A program made the position numbers and the translations under genes. From contig CAWFXL010000001.1 of the NCBI GenBank assembly GCA_963819815.1, forward strand, positions 640,001 through 704,000: 64,000 bases of DNA. The letters are read 5' to 3'. Numbering within the stretch: position 1 is the first letter of the stretch; the number at the start of each line of letters is the position of its first letter. The stretch is from an uncultured bacterium. Its GTDB lineage: Bacteria; Babelota; Babeliae; Babelales; Babelaceae. This document shows, one piece after another, positions 21,082-30,887 of the stretch. The notes beneath the pieces are model-generated. The model made no database searches and had not been told where the DNA came from. It saw only the letters and a program-made list of their open reading frames with translations.

Positions 21082-21699
21082 ATGGCAAAATATCAACGTA
21101 TTGATAAAGACAATTCCCTCGTCCTCTTTGTTGATCACCAGACAGGACTCATAAGCCTTGTTCATGACTTTTCACCAAGCGAATTTAAGAACAATATACT
21201 GGCACTTGCCGATATTGCCCTGTATTTTAAACTTCCGGTAATCTTAACAACGAGTTTTGAAAATGGTCCGAATGGTCCAATAGTTCCTGAGTTGAAAGAG
21301 ATATTACCCCACGCTACTTTTATACCCCGTCCTGGACAAATTAATGCTTGGGACAACGAAGATTTTGTGAACGCAATCAAAGCGAGCGGCAAGAAACAAC
21401 TTATCATCGCAGGGATTGTAACAGACGTATGCGTTGCCTTCCCCACTCTTTCCGCCCTCGAAGCTGGTTATGAAGTTTTTGTAGTAACCGATGCTGCAGG
21501 AACAACCAGTGCTGCCGTACGTGATGCTGCACATCTTCGAATGAGCCAAGCAGGGGCCCAACTCATGAATTGGTTTAGCGTGGCCTCTGAATTGCAACGA
21601 GACTGGCGTAATGACGTTAAAGGGTTTGGTGAATTACTTATTAAACATGAACCAAACTACAAAGCTCTCATGGCAAGCTATAATGCCCTTAAAAAATAA
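21082..21699 (+). CDS. ycaC: Isochorismatase-family hydrolase (YcaC-like)
   Basis: VDHQTGL, TTSFENGPNGP, RPGQINAWDN, AGIVTDVCV and ELQRDWR motifs. Confidence 0.92.
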   Translation: MAKYQRIDKDNSLVLFVDHQTGLISLVHDFSPSEFKNNILALADIALYFKLPVILTTSFENGPNGPIVPELKEILPHATFIPRPGQINAWDNEDFVNAIKASGKKQLIIAGIVTDVCVAFPTLSALEAGYEVFVVTDAAGTTSAAVRDAAHLRMSQAGAQLMNWFSVASELQRDWRNDVKGFGELLIKHEPNYKALMASYNALKK

Positions 21700-21755
21700 T
21701 TTCGCCAAGCAAGCTCGTCACTAGTGAGAGCACTTTGCATTATGAATTCATGAAG

Positions 21756-21795
21756 ATTACCTGCAATTGCACCAGTCGTTAAAATTGCAGGTAAT
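21756..21795. terminator. 13-bp inverted repeat after ycaC, probable terminator
   Basis: ATTACCTGCAATT-N14-AATTGCAGGTAAT; no clear U-tract. Confidence 0.5.
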
Positions 21796-21857
21796 GTGTT
21801 CATTCCCTCCTCTGTCTTTGCGCCACTGAAGCAATTTTTCTTTTTTTGTTCACCAGT

Positions 21858-21886
21858 TTGACAAGCAATGCCTTTTATGGTATATT
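21858..21886 (+). promoter_or_regulatory. Sigma70-type promoter upstream of the carrier gene
   Basis: TTGACA-17 nt-TATATT with an extended TG. Confidence 0.65.
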
Positions 21887-22213
21887 TTTTCTGTTGAGGT
21901 ATAACATCGTGTTATGCCATATGCTAAAAGAGTTAAAAAGATGAAAAGCACATACAACAGTTTTGCTTCTAATCAAGGTTCATGGGTCAATCCCATGAGC
22001 AGCTCTCATAGCGCTCTTTTGGCATTCCCTCTCAACGCTCTCATTATTACTTCTATTCTGTCCTACGGGACTAAACATATAAAATAAACACTTACCCTCA
22101 TTTTTGTTGTCTATTTTTCAAATCACCTGATCATGGTGTGAGAATCACCTGCAGTCATGTGGAAAATAGTCATTGGATAGAATAATTACATCAATTACTT
22201 GATTGGAATTACT

Positions 22214-23095
22214 ATGTTAATACATTGTATAGTAAGCATGATGATGCTTACATTTACATGCACCGCATTCTGCATGGAGGATGATTCCTCTGTTCGTGTG
22301 CTTGCAAAGGAAGCTGCAATTGGTACAGTTGCTGGAGCCGCAGAGGTAACTGCTAACTCTCCACTTATCTATTTCAAGAATGCTATGCAGCAGGGCCATA
22401 AAATATCTATGGATCCAAAGGTATGGTACCGTGGGTACGGAATGAATGTCACCGCAATGGGACCTACAACTGCTATCCAAATCTGCACAGATAGAGGACT
22501 TGAAACAGTTGTGCCGGGAACCGATTTGTACAGCAAAGTAGCTCGTGCATTTACTGCCGGAGCTCTTTCTGCAACGGTAAATGGGCCCATTGAGTTGGTC
22601 ATCAGAGATCAACAGGAACATAATGGAACTGCACTAGCAACCTGCAAAAAAGTGCTTTCGGGTGGTGGATTGCGTGCGTTTGGTCGCGGATGGGCAGCAA
22701 CCGCGTTGCGTGAAGGCGGATTTGCCACGGGGTACTTGGTTGCTTTCCCTATGGCTGAAGAAGCAATAAAGAAAGCACAAGATGCCGCTCAAAGCAATAT
22801 AGAGGATCCATGGGTAAAAGCGATAGTATCACACCCTGCCTGCTCCTATGTTGGTGCTGGAGCTGCGACGGGTATCGCTTTTGCCGTGGCAACACATCCT
22901 TGTGATACGGTGAAAACAAAGCTCCAAGCGGATTACCAAGGTGCTTTATTCAAGAACACCCAAGATGTGGTACGAACTGTGATTGCTCAGAAAGGCGTCG
23001 CTGGTCTTTTCGCAGGCGCATCACCACGAGCAGTACGTGCTGGATTAGCAATTCCCTTGATAGGTACTATAAAAAAGTATTTTTCAGAGGAATAA
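22214..23095 (+). CDS. Mitochondrial carrier family (SLC25-like) protein with N-terminal signal-like leader
   Basis: Three ~100-aa repeats with Px[DE]xx[KR]-type signatures (PLIYFKNAMQ, PIELVIRDQQ, PCDTVKTKLQ) and YRG/GRG/FAG motifs. Confidence 0.9.
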   Translation: MLIHCIVSMMMLTFTCTAFCMEDDSSVRVLAKEAAIGTVAGAAEVTANSPLIYFKNAMQQGHKISMDPKVWYRGYGMNVTAMGPTTAIQICTDRGLETVVPGTDLYSKVARAFTAGALSATVNGPIELVIRDQQEHNGTALATCKKVLSGGGLRAFGRGWAATALREGGFATGYLVAFPMAEEAIKKAQDAAQSNIEDPWVKAIVSHPACSYVGAGAATGIAFAVATHPCDTVKTKLQADYQGALFKNTQDVVRTVIAQKGVAGLFAGASPRAVRAGLAIPLIGTIKKYFSEE

Positions 23096-23340
23096 AGGCT
23101 GAAGTGCATACGTAGGTAAGATGTCTGGTATCGGGTCGTCGTACATTGATACAACGGCCTGGTACCAGATAGTGTCATATTTGATGCTTTATGACCAACA
23201 TCCACTTGAAATTCATTAATAAGTATCGTCGTATAGGTATCCGTTATTAAAACCGATCATCCAATTGACTTTGGCTTGGAAGGCTCTATATTGAGTGCCA
23301 ATTCCAGTTATACCTAAGGCCTGTATTGAGGGGGCATCAG

Positions 23341-25614
23341 ATGCTGCATAGAAAACTATTTCTTGGTGGATTTCTTGTATGTGAGATAATCTGTAGTGCC
23401 GCTTCACACAGTCGTAGCATTGAACCACAGGTCGTTGCCATACTACCTCCTGAGAAAACGTTCTTTTTCGGGACTAGACAATGGCCTCTCAAAGTAGAAC
23501 CACATTTGCTGCATTTCATGGAAAATTATACCGAAGAAAATGGGTACGTATATTTACCAAAAATTTCGTATCATACAGGACTTCTGGTAACCGACCTCCT
23601 TCATTTGCTGCATCGTCTTGAATCTGAAGATGCGCGCCATCACCAAGAATTTAAAGACGAGCTCATAGAGCGTATTGGTAGTCTTGAAAATGGAGAATTG
23701 CTTGAGGCCTTCTATGCTACTCATCATTTAAAGATCTCTGCTCTTAAGGAAGCTATTAAAAAAGCTATTAGAGAACGATCCTTCCTGGGAAAGAAGAAAA
23801 TCAAAGTATCTAACATCCTACTTCACTTACAACACTCTCGGCCAGAAATCATGTTTTTACACTGGGCAGAACCACTTCAGAACTGCACCATGCAAGAGGG
23901 CGTTATTGATGTAACTGCATTTCCCCGCTCTACAATAGAGTTTATCCTTACGCAACTAGACTTGGTCAATGAGACAATCGTCACACGTGGGAACGAAGAT
24001 TCAGTTAGCAAAAAAATTAAAGCGCATATTAAAAAACTTGAAGGCAACGATCTCGTAAAGCTTTTCAATGCTTCACGTGTCTTACATATCTCTACTATCC
24101 ATTGGTTAGCCGAAGAAGCTCTCCGAGAACTTGAACAGCCCACGAGTATTACTGCTCAAAACCTCCTAGATTTACCAACTGATACTCGTAATACGTTCCT
24201 TAAAGAAACGATACGCAAGTTGTTTGAAATAAGGACCCGTTTGGTCGATAACGGTATTGCTAGTGGTACACTTCATGTGCCACCTGATGGGTCATTAGTC
24301 CTTGCTGGTTGTTGTTATGATTGTACTATGATTGCTCTTACGACGGAGAGCACTCACCGTCAATCTTTCGTGGGTCATGAAAGACCTGTAACAGCTATCT
24401 GTATAACATCCGACAATCAGACTTTGGTAAGCGGTTCTGATGATGGTACAGTGCGTGTTTGGGATAGGCAGGGAGAGCAGCGTGCTGCTTATTCGCATCC
24501 TCAACCTGTAAGTACTCTATGCCTTTCACCCGATGGAAAAACAATCGTTGCAAGCTTTGATGACGGGATTATGCTCATTTGGAATTTCCCCGATGCTCCA
24601 AACCTGATTTCTGGTAATGCACTAGCTACTGCACGCGATTTATCAGGTACAAAAACATGGGAAGCTGATCCAGCATGGTTAGCAAAAGAACAAGGCCACT
24701 CAAAGATTACAGCAACCTGCGTCTCATCAACTGGCAAGATAATCATTACGGGCACCGAAGATGGTGTTGTACGTATATGGGATATGAATGGTAGGCTAAA
24801 AGCAGTTTGCCATTGTGCACTGAAAAAAAAGATTCTTGCCGTGTCTACGACGCCTGATGATATTCTTAAAGTGTCCACGAGTCCTGATGATACGGTCATG
24901 GCAGTTACAGGCGATGGGATGGTGCTTATGTGGGAACAGTCTACACACTTTGTGAGGGGAGTATACCCATACATTGAAGGGTTATCACTCATCGATTTTT
25001 TTGTAGCTAAAGAAGGAGCCCAGGTGCCTACCTTAGTACAATGCGAAGTATCTCCTAATGGTTCTTTGGGCGCAACAGGAGTTCATGCAGCTTATATTGC
25101 GCCAAATGGCAGCATAGTCATTTTAGGAACGAATAAAGGAACGGTGAATATCTGGGACATCATAAATACCACAGCATGCAGAGTCTGCAGAGGCCATGAA
25201 GGTTGTATTAACTCGGTAAGCATGTCGCCCGATATGACCTCTATTATTTCAACTGCAGAAGATGGAACGGTACGTATTTGGAGCAAAGATGGTCAGTTGC
25301 TGGCAATATGTGATCATGATGACGATCAAGAGGCTACCAAGGCAGTCCACGTAACAGGAAATGGTAAGATTGTTGCCAATTCTGATGATGGAAGCATATA
25401 TGCTTGGAATATACAAAAAAACATACAATGGAACTTCAATTTCGGTACTGTGCGAAGCTATATTGCACAAGCGAGCAGCAATCAAGTGAGAGGAATCTGG
25501 TCTCTGTTGCAGCGCCACTCTAAAGAATATGGCATCGCTGATCAAGAAGAATGTTGGGAAGAAATACAAAGGCTTATAGCTAGAAGCACATCTAGAACTA
25601 GCTCAAGAACCTAA
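23341..25614 (+). CDS. WD40-repeat protein with N-terminal tandem Skp1/BTB-like segments
   Basis: GHERPV..SGSDDGTVRVWD and GHEGCINSV..DGTVRIWS repeats; two N-terminal helical L.E..A...L.I..L segments. Confidence 0.85.
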   Translation: MLHRKLFLGGFLVCEIICSAASHSRSIEPQVVAILPPEKTFFFGTRQWPLKVEPHLLHFMENYTEENGYVYLPKISYHTGLLVTDLLHLLHRLESEDARHHQEFKDELIERIGSLENGELLEAFYATHHLKISALKEAIKKAIRERSFLGKKKIKVSNILLHLQHSRPEIMFLHWAEPLQNCTMQEGVIDVTAFPRSTIEFILTQLDLVNETIVTRGNEDSVSKKIKAHIKKLEGNDLVKLFNASRVLHISTIHWLAEEALRELEQPTSITAQNLLDLPTDTRNTFLKETIRKLFEIRTRLVDNGIASGTLHVPPDGSLVLAGCCYDCTMIALTTESTHRQSFVGHERPVTAICITSDNQTLVSGSDDGTVRVWDRQGEQRAAYSHPQPVSTLCLSPDGKTIVASFDDGIMLIWNFPDAPNLISGNALATARDLSGTKTWEADPAWLAKEQGHSKITATCVSSTGKIIITGTEDGVVRIWDMNGRLKAVCHCALKKKILAVSTTPDDILKVSTSPDDTVMAVTGDGMVLMWEQSTHFVRGVYPYIEGLSLIDFFVAKEGAQVPTLVQCEVSPNGSLGATGVHAAYIAPNGSIVILGTNKGTVNIWDIINTTACRVCRGHEGCINSVSMSPDMTSIISTAEDGTVRIWSKDGQLLAICDHDDDQEATKAVHVTGNGKIVANSDDGSIYAWNIQKNIQWNFNFGTVRSYIAQASSNQVRGIWSLLQRHSKEYGIADQEECWEEIQRLIARSTSRTSSRT

Positions 25615-25694
25615 TCCACCTATCTTATGTAATACCGGTTGCAACTGATACATGCTGAAACTCATACAGAATATTCCATGATCTCCTACCTTCC

Positions 25695-27053
25695 TTAATC
25701 TAATAATCTGTGCAGCTCACTCATAAGATAGAATGGGATAGAACGCAATTCATACTCAATCTGGCCTCCTTGAACATCAGCAACACTTACCTGATTTTTT
25801 ACGGGCCGTCCAGAACAAATTCTGGCAGCCAGGGAACCCTTTCTTTTTTTCATAAACTGATGTAAAGAACGCAATGATCCACTTTTCCCTGACTTAACTT
25901 CCAGGGGAATAACAGTAGTTCGATGCTGAATTACATAATCAACTTCTGCACTTGAGTACTTTTCATGTCGCATCCAGTAATACAATTCCGGCTCAAAGCT
26001 TACCCCCTGCAAGGTCCGTAATAATTGTCCTACAACTTGCTCTGCAATGCCACCATCATTTATGAGAGTTACATCATCAACATTCTCAATAAGCTGTAAT
26101 GAAAGTTTCAAAGATGCTGAGCACAAACCAACATCGAGAAGAATCACTTTAAAAAAGCGATCATCATCAACCACCAGTGGCACACCGATAGCGTCAACCG
26201 CCATAACCTTATGACAAATTAAAGCCTTACATAACATATTTAAAGCTTTTTTTACCTTATCACCGCTGACATTTGCGTCTACCTGACGATAGACAAACTT
26301 TTTTCCAAGACTTCGTGGAACCCTATTAAAAGTGGCTTCAAGATTCTGTGGTTCTATGCGCTTACCATATTTTGGGAAGTCTTCTGAGTATGATTTGATA
26401 ATATTTCTATGAACCCTACTCACTTCGGAGAGTGATCGATTTTCAATCCAACTTAAAACAGCTGCCGGCATCCCACCGATTATAAGGTACTCTCGGAAGA
26501 ATTTTGTCAGCTCTTCATGAAAATGATCTGACATTTCATCCTCCCATGAAAACTTATGAATGACTCGAACAAGATTTGGTTTATCTTTTGCAAGCAAAAA
26601 TTCCTCAAAAGAAAGAGGCTCTAAATAGACATATTCTATGCGTCCTACTGGCATGCTCATTGAGTGATCAGCTAAAACAAATTCAAGAAGCGATCCTGCA
26701 GCAATAACCGGCAGTTCAGCCATTCTTTCAGCAAACCACCTGAGTTTTGCAAAAAGCTCTGGATATGCCTGTATTTCATCGATAAACAAAATCATCTTTT
26801 GGGGATCGACTTTAATATTGAAGGTATCCTCAATTTTTTCAATAACCTTCATTGGATCATTACTCGAGAACAGGGTACTGTAATGCTTTTCAAACTCAAG
26901 GTTTATTTCGATGAGCTCTTTTCCCTCTAATCTCGCTAGCTCCCTAACAAGCCATGTCTTACCTACCTGCCTAGCTCCCCGTATAATAAGAGGTAACCGT
27001 CGTGGGCTATGAAGCCATTTCTGTAGAAAAGGCATTCCAGTTCTTTGCATCAA
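25695..27053 (-). CDS. AAA_14 ATPase + DUF4143 (COG1373-type)
   Basis: GARQVGKT, FIDEIQ, GSLL, GGMP and EVDYV..PLEVKSG motifs. Confidence 0.92.
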   Translation of the reverse strand: MMQRTGMPFLQKWLHSPRRLPLIIRGARQVGKTWLVRELARLEGKELIEINLEFEKHYSTLFSSNDPMKVIEKIEDTFNIKVDPQKMILFIDEIQAYPELFAKLRWFAERMAELPVIAAGSLLEFVLADHSMSMPVGRIEYVYLEPLSFEEFLLAKDKPNLVRVIHKFSWEDEMSDHFHEELTKFFREYLIIGGMPAAVLSWIENRSLSEVSRVHRNIIKSYSEDFPKYGKRIEPQNLEATFNRVPRSLGKKFVYRQVDANVSGDKVKKALNMLCKALICHKVMAVDAIGVPLVVDDDRFFKVILLDVGLCSASLKLSLQLIENVDDVTLINDGGIAEQVVGQLLRTLQGVSFEPELYYWMRHEKYSSAEVDYVIQHRTTVIPLEVKSGKSGSLRSLHQFMKKRKGSLAARICSGRPVKNQVSVADVQGGQIEYELRSIPFYLMSELHRLLD

Positions 27054-27073
27054 GTCCTCCTGTGTTTAATTGA

Positions 27074-27102
27074 ATTATACTCAATCCTGATCAATTTGTC
27101 AA
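27074..27102 (-). promoter_or_regulatory. Consensus sigma70 promoter of the AAA/DUF4143 gene
   Basis: Minus strand reads TTGACA-17 nt-TATAAT. Confidence 0.8.
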
Positions 27103-27184
27103 AATTGGGGGCAATTTTTGCCACTTTTCATTTAAATTGCCCCCAATTTTAATGACTTATGTGGTAAATTTGGGGGCAATTTTT
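27101..27184. repeat. Three copies of (A)AATTGGGGGCAATTTT, middle copy inverted
   Basis: 27101-27119 (+), 27134-27150 (inverted), 27166-27184 (+). Confidence 0.85.
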
Positions 27185-27271
27185 CTCACTATCTATCCGA
27201 TTATTAAAAAACTGAAAAAGACCGAATAGTTATGGTAAAAGCCTAAATGGGCTCAAATGTTTTTTCAAAGA

Positions 27272-27310
27272 CTCTGGCTCGGGAATACCTAAGGTGATCC
27301 CGAGCCAGAG
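27272..27310 (-). terminator. Hairpin downstream of sufB
   Basis: CTCTGGCTCGGGA-N13-TCCCGAGCCAGAG. Confidence 0.7.
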
Positions 27311-27329
27311 CATATTTTAAAATCTTGCC

Positions 27330-28673
27330 TTATCCGATTGAGCCTTCCATCTCTGCTTCTATGAGGCGATTCAATTCAACTGCATACTCAAGAGGAAGTG
27401 TTTTTACAAATGGTTCGATGAATCCATTAACAATCATGGCACTTGCTGCCGCTTTAGAAATACCTCGTGAGGCAAGGTAAAGAAGCTGCTCATCTTGAAT
27501 CATAGAAACAGATGCTTCATGACCTACATCCACCTGAGATTCATTAATAAGCATCGTAGGATAGGTATCCGTTTTAGAGAAGCTATCAACAAGAAGCGCA
27601 TCACATTGCACCCGCGAGCGTACATTTTTTGCACCTTGTACCACCTTTAACAGCCCCCTATAGCTTGAACGTCCACCATCTTTACTAATCGATTTGGCTA
27701 CAATCGTCGAATGAGTATTTGGAGCAAGATGAATAATCTTCCCCCCAGAATCTTGATGCTGCCCTTTGCCCGCTACGGCAATAGAAAGAACTTCACCCTG
27801 AGCACCCTCCTCTTTGAGAATAACTGAAGGATACTTCATCGTAACTTTACTCCCAAAGTTACCATCAATCCACGAAACCCGCGCATCCCTATAAGCAAGC
27901 GCCCGCTTCGTCACTAAATTATAGACGTTCGAAGCCCAGTTCTGGATAGTAGTATACGTAACCTGCGCACCTCGATGAGCAATAATCTCAACAACGGCAC
28001 TATGCAAAGAGCTTGAGCTATACACAGGAGCACTGCACCCTTCAATATAGTGAACTGAAGAGCCTTCATCAGCAATAATTAAGGTCCGTTCAAATTGACC
28101 CATCTGCGCGGCTTCAATCCGAAAGTATGCCTGTAACGGCAAATCGATCTGTACTCCTTTGGGGACATAGATAAAACTTCCTCCGCTCCATACCGCCGAA
28201 TTAAGCGCTGCGAAAGGATTATCGTTTGGTGGAACTAATGTCGCAAAATACTTTTTAAAAAGCTCTGGATGCTGAGCAAGGCCAGTATTCATATCACAAA
28301 AGATAACACCTTTATCAACCCACTCTTTTTTTAAGCTTTTATAAATTACCTCAGACTCAAACTGAGCACCTACGCCGGCAAGCAATGCCTGCTCTGCTTG
28401 AGGAATCCCGAGTTTTACAAACGTTTGCTTTATATTCTCAGGAACATCTTCCCAGTTGCGCTTCTGCTCCTCAAGAGGGCGTACATAATAGTAGATATCA
28501 TCGAGCTTCAATTCAGAAAGATCGGGGCCCCAATCAGGTAACGGCATCTCTTTGTAGAGATGTAGTGCTTGTACCCGAAAGTCGGTCATCCAAGCTGGCT
28601 CTGACTTCCTACTTGATATCTCGCGCACCACCCCTTCATCAAGTCCTAGTTTGGCTTTAAAGGCATAGTCCAT
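27330..28673 (-). CDS. sufB: Fe-S cluster assembly protein SufB
   Basis: [25 protein letters not shown] and MEGSIG terminus; ATG 28673 overlaps the sufC end. Confidence 0.97.
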   Translation of the reverse strand: MDYAFKAKLGLDEGVVREISSRKSEPAWMTDFRVQALHLYKEMPLPDWGPDLSELKLDDIYYYVRPLEEQKRNWEDVPENIKQTFVKLGIPQAEQALLAGVGAQFESEVIYKSLKKEWVDKGVIFCDMNTGLAQHPELFKKYFATLVPPNDNPFAALNSAVWSGGSFIYVPKGVQIDLPLQAYFRIEAAQMGQFERTLIIADEGSSVHYIEGCSAPVYSSSSLHSAVVEIIAHRGAQVTYTTIQNWASNVYNLVTKRALAYRDARVSWIDGNFGSKVTMKYPSVILKEEGAQGEVLSIAVAGKGQHQDSGGKIIHLAPNTHSTIVAKSISKDGGRSSYRGLLKVVQGAKNVRSRVQCDALLVDSFSKTDTYPTMLINESQVDVGHEASVSMIQDEQLLYLASRGISKAAASAMIVNGFIEPFVKTLPLEYAVELNRLIEAEMEGSIG

Positions 28674-29388
28674 CGTAACCCTCCTGATCAATTTTCTGAG
28701 CTAAGGAATAGGAGCCGGTAGCTCTGATGGATCCTTGAGAAAGAACATGGACATACTCAGGCATAACATACTCAAGAAGTCTCCGATAATGAGTAATGAC
28801 AAGCAGAGAAAACGAACTTCGCTGTTGCTCTAAAGTAAGCACCTTGCTCACCTGTTTTAATGCATCAACATCAAGCCCTGAATCGATCTCATCAAGAATC
28901 GCTAACTTCGGCTTAAAAAGGAGAATTTGCGCAACTTCAAAGCGCTTTTTTTCACCGCCTGAAAACCCTTCATGCACATTGCGGTAGACAAAGCTGTGAT
29001 CAAGCTGAACAGCATCAAAAGCTTCATAGACGCGCTCCTTGAAAGCAGTAACCGAAACCTCTTCTTGAGTAAGCATACGATGCGCTTCTTTTAAAAAGGT
29101 AAACACCTGTACGCCAGGAATTGCGGGTGGCTGCTGGGGCGCTAAGAAAAGACCACTACGAGCACGATGCTCAATCGGCATCGTAAGCAACTCTTTGCCT
29201 TCAAAGCGGCATGACCCTGCCACGATGTCATACTGAGGATACCCCATAAGAGCAGATGCTAACGTGCTTTTTCCTGAGCCATTTGAACCCATCAAAGCAT
29301 GCACTGTTCCTGGAGCAATCGTTAAGGAAAGATTTTTGATTATAGGACGATTCTGAAAACAGATCGTAAGATCAGCAATCTCGAGCAT
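28657..29388 (-). CDS. sufC: Fe-S assembly ATPase SufC
   Basis: [31 protein letters not shown] and ITHY motifs. Confidence 0.97.
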   Translation of the reverse strand: MLEIADLTICFQNRPIIKNLSLTIAPGTVHALMGSNGSGKSTLASALMGYPQYDIVAGSCRFEGKELLTMPIEHRARSGLFLAPQQPPAIPGVQVFTFLKEAHRMLTQEEVSVTAFKERVYEAFDAVQLDHSFVYRNVHEGFSGGEKKRFEVAQILLFKPKLAILDEIDSGLDVDALKQVSKVLTLEQQRSSFSLLVITHYRRLLEYVMPEYVHVLSQGSIRATGSYSLAQKIDQEGYDGLCL

Positions 29389-29536
29389 CAGCTACCTAGT
29401 GTTGGAGGACTAGAAAAGATTATGTACTAAGCTTATCAGAGAGCCCCCTAATACACAACATCGCATGCTCGTTCAACACGGGCCTACGGCCTTGCGCGAA
29501 ATAGTATGCAGCAATACTTAGCGAAATTGTCTGTCC

Positions 29537-30706
29537 CTATCGTAAGCCAAGTGCTTTCCGGACTTTTTGTCCGATACCCACCAGTCTCTCTTTTGGCTCG
29601 TTTGAAAATACAAATCGTACATAGTGAGCAGCATTGGGTCCCCAACCAACCATCGGAGTTACGGCGATTTTTGCATCCTTAAAAAGTTTCTCTACCATAA
29701 TAGGTGCAGTCATACCAAGCTCGTGAGCATTAACTAACAAAGACCATCCTCCATGGGGAGGAATAACAGGAAGTCCTTCAAGCTCAGTAAGCAACACATC
29801 TCGTCTTTCTTGCCATACCGAAAGTGCTTCTTGTAAACCATCATCCTGTGCTGTAAGCCCAGCGGCAACTCCAGCCATACTAATGCCCGTTTGGCAGACA
29901 ACGTTTGCTATGCTTACCAGTCCAATATCATTCATAATTTCTTCAGGACCAACAACCCAGCCTACGCGCCAACCGATCATTCGTAATTCTTTCGAAGCTG
30001 CTCCTACCGTTATTGTTCGCTCCTTCATACCCGGATATGTAGCAGGATGGAGCACCGTACGCCCATCATAGAGAATGCGTTCCATGGCAGCATCATATAA
30101 GAGCCATGCGTCAACTTTTGTTACTACTCTAGCGACAGCTTCCCATTCAGCATGAGTAAGCACATGCCCCGTTGGCATACCAGGACTGATTACCACCATG
30201 CGTGTACGAGATGATGCTGCCTGTTCTAAAGCCGCGATATCTAATCGCCAACCAGAGGCAGAAGGAATGAGCGGAACAAATACTACATTTCCACCAGCAA
30301 TCCGAATCCGATTGATAATTCCCGCATACGTAGGATCGGTAACAATTACTTCATCTCCAGGCTCAAGTGTTGCGAGTAAGCAATTGAGAATTCCGGACAT
30401 ACCACCTGCAGTAATAATGCACTGGCTACGCCAATCATAGTCTACACCACTCACCGAAGATACTCTTCGAGCCGCTGCTTTCCTCAGCTCATCTTGTCCA
30501 AGAAAAGGGAGATAACTATTGTTTTCATCACGCCCTATTGCCTCCTTGGTTGCTTTTAGAGCAACCGCTGGTGGCATGATATCGGTATCAAGATTTTCAA
30601 GACGTAGCATCTCTGGATCATGCGCTGCATCAGCTGCACTACCCATCCTCTCAACACCAATGCCCGGAACATGAGCTAGTCGTGATACTTTTTTTAAACG
30701 TGGCAT
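29537..30706 (-). CDS. PLP-dependent class I/II aminotransferase
   Basis: TAGG, DPTY, YDAAME and SKELRMIGWRVGW (PLP lysine) motifs. Confidence 0.9.
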   Translation of the reverse strand: MPRLKKVSRLAHVPGIGVERMGSAADAAHDPEMLRLENLDTDIMPPAVALKATKEAIGRDENNSYLPFLGQDELRKAAARRVSSVSGVDYDWRSQCIITAGGMSGILNCLLATLEPGDEVIVTDPTYAGIINRIRIAGGNVVFVPLIPSASGWRLDIAALEQAASSRTRMVVISPGMPTGHVLTHAEWEAVARVVTKVDAWLLYDAAMERILYDGRTVLHPATYPGMKERTITVGAASKELRMIGWRVGWVVGPEEIMNDIGLVSIANVVCQTGISMAGVAAGLTAQDDGLQEALSVWQERRDVLLTELEGLPVIPPHGGWSLLVNAHELGMTAPIMVEKLFKDAKIAVTPMVGWGPNAAHYVRFVFSNEPKERLVGIGQKVRKALGLR

Positions 30707-30761
30707 ACGAGTTCCTTTCTATCGTAAAAAGTAGTGAATGGTTTTACCACCATGCACCTTC

Positions 30762-30829
30762 ATACTAAGCAAGTCTCACAACTTTGTCAATTGGTTCATT
30801 ATTGACAAAGTGTCTAAATAAATTATACT
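30762..30829. promoter_or_regulatory. Back-to-back divergent sigma70 promoters within an 11-bp inverted repeat
   Basis: ACTTTGTCAAT-N9-ATTGACAAAGT; + strand TTGACA-16-TATACT, - strand TTGACA-17-TAGTAT. Confidence 0.7.
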
Positions 30830-30887
30830 CACTAGTAACTTGTTTAAGAGAACCTGTTTGAGCAGGTTTAAATACCTAGAGGACTCT

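Noticed and set aside
27101..27184. Mini CRISPR array
   Set aside because: Repeats and spacers are too short, orientation alternates, and there are no cas genes.
29452..29532. Possible integron attC or repeat element (ACAAC...GGCCTACGGCC...)
   Set aside because: No matching GTTRRRY core or convincing long stem, a single copy, and no integrase in the window.
30781..30811. CIRCE-like inverted repeat with a 9-nt spacer
   Set aside because: The arms do not match TTAGCACTC and it is not upstream of a heat-shock gene; treated as a local operator instead.
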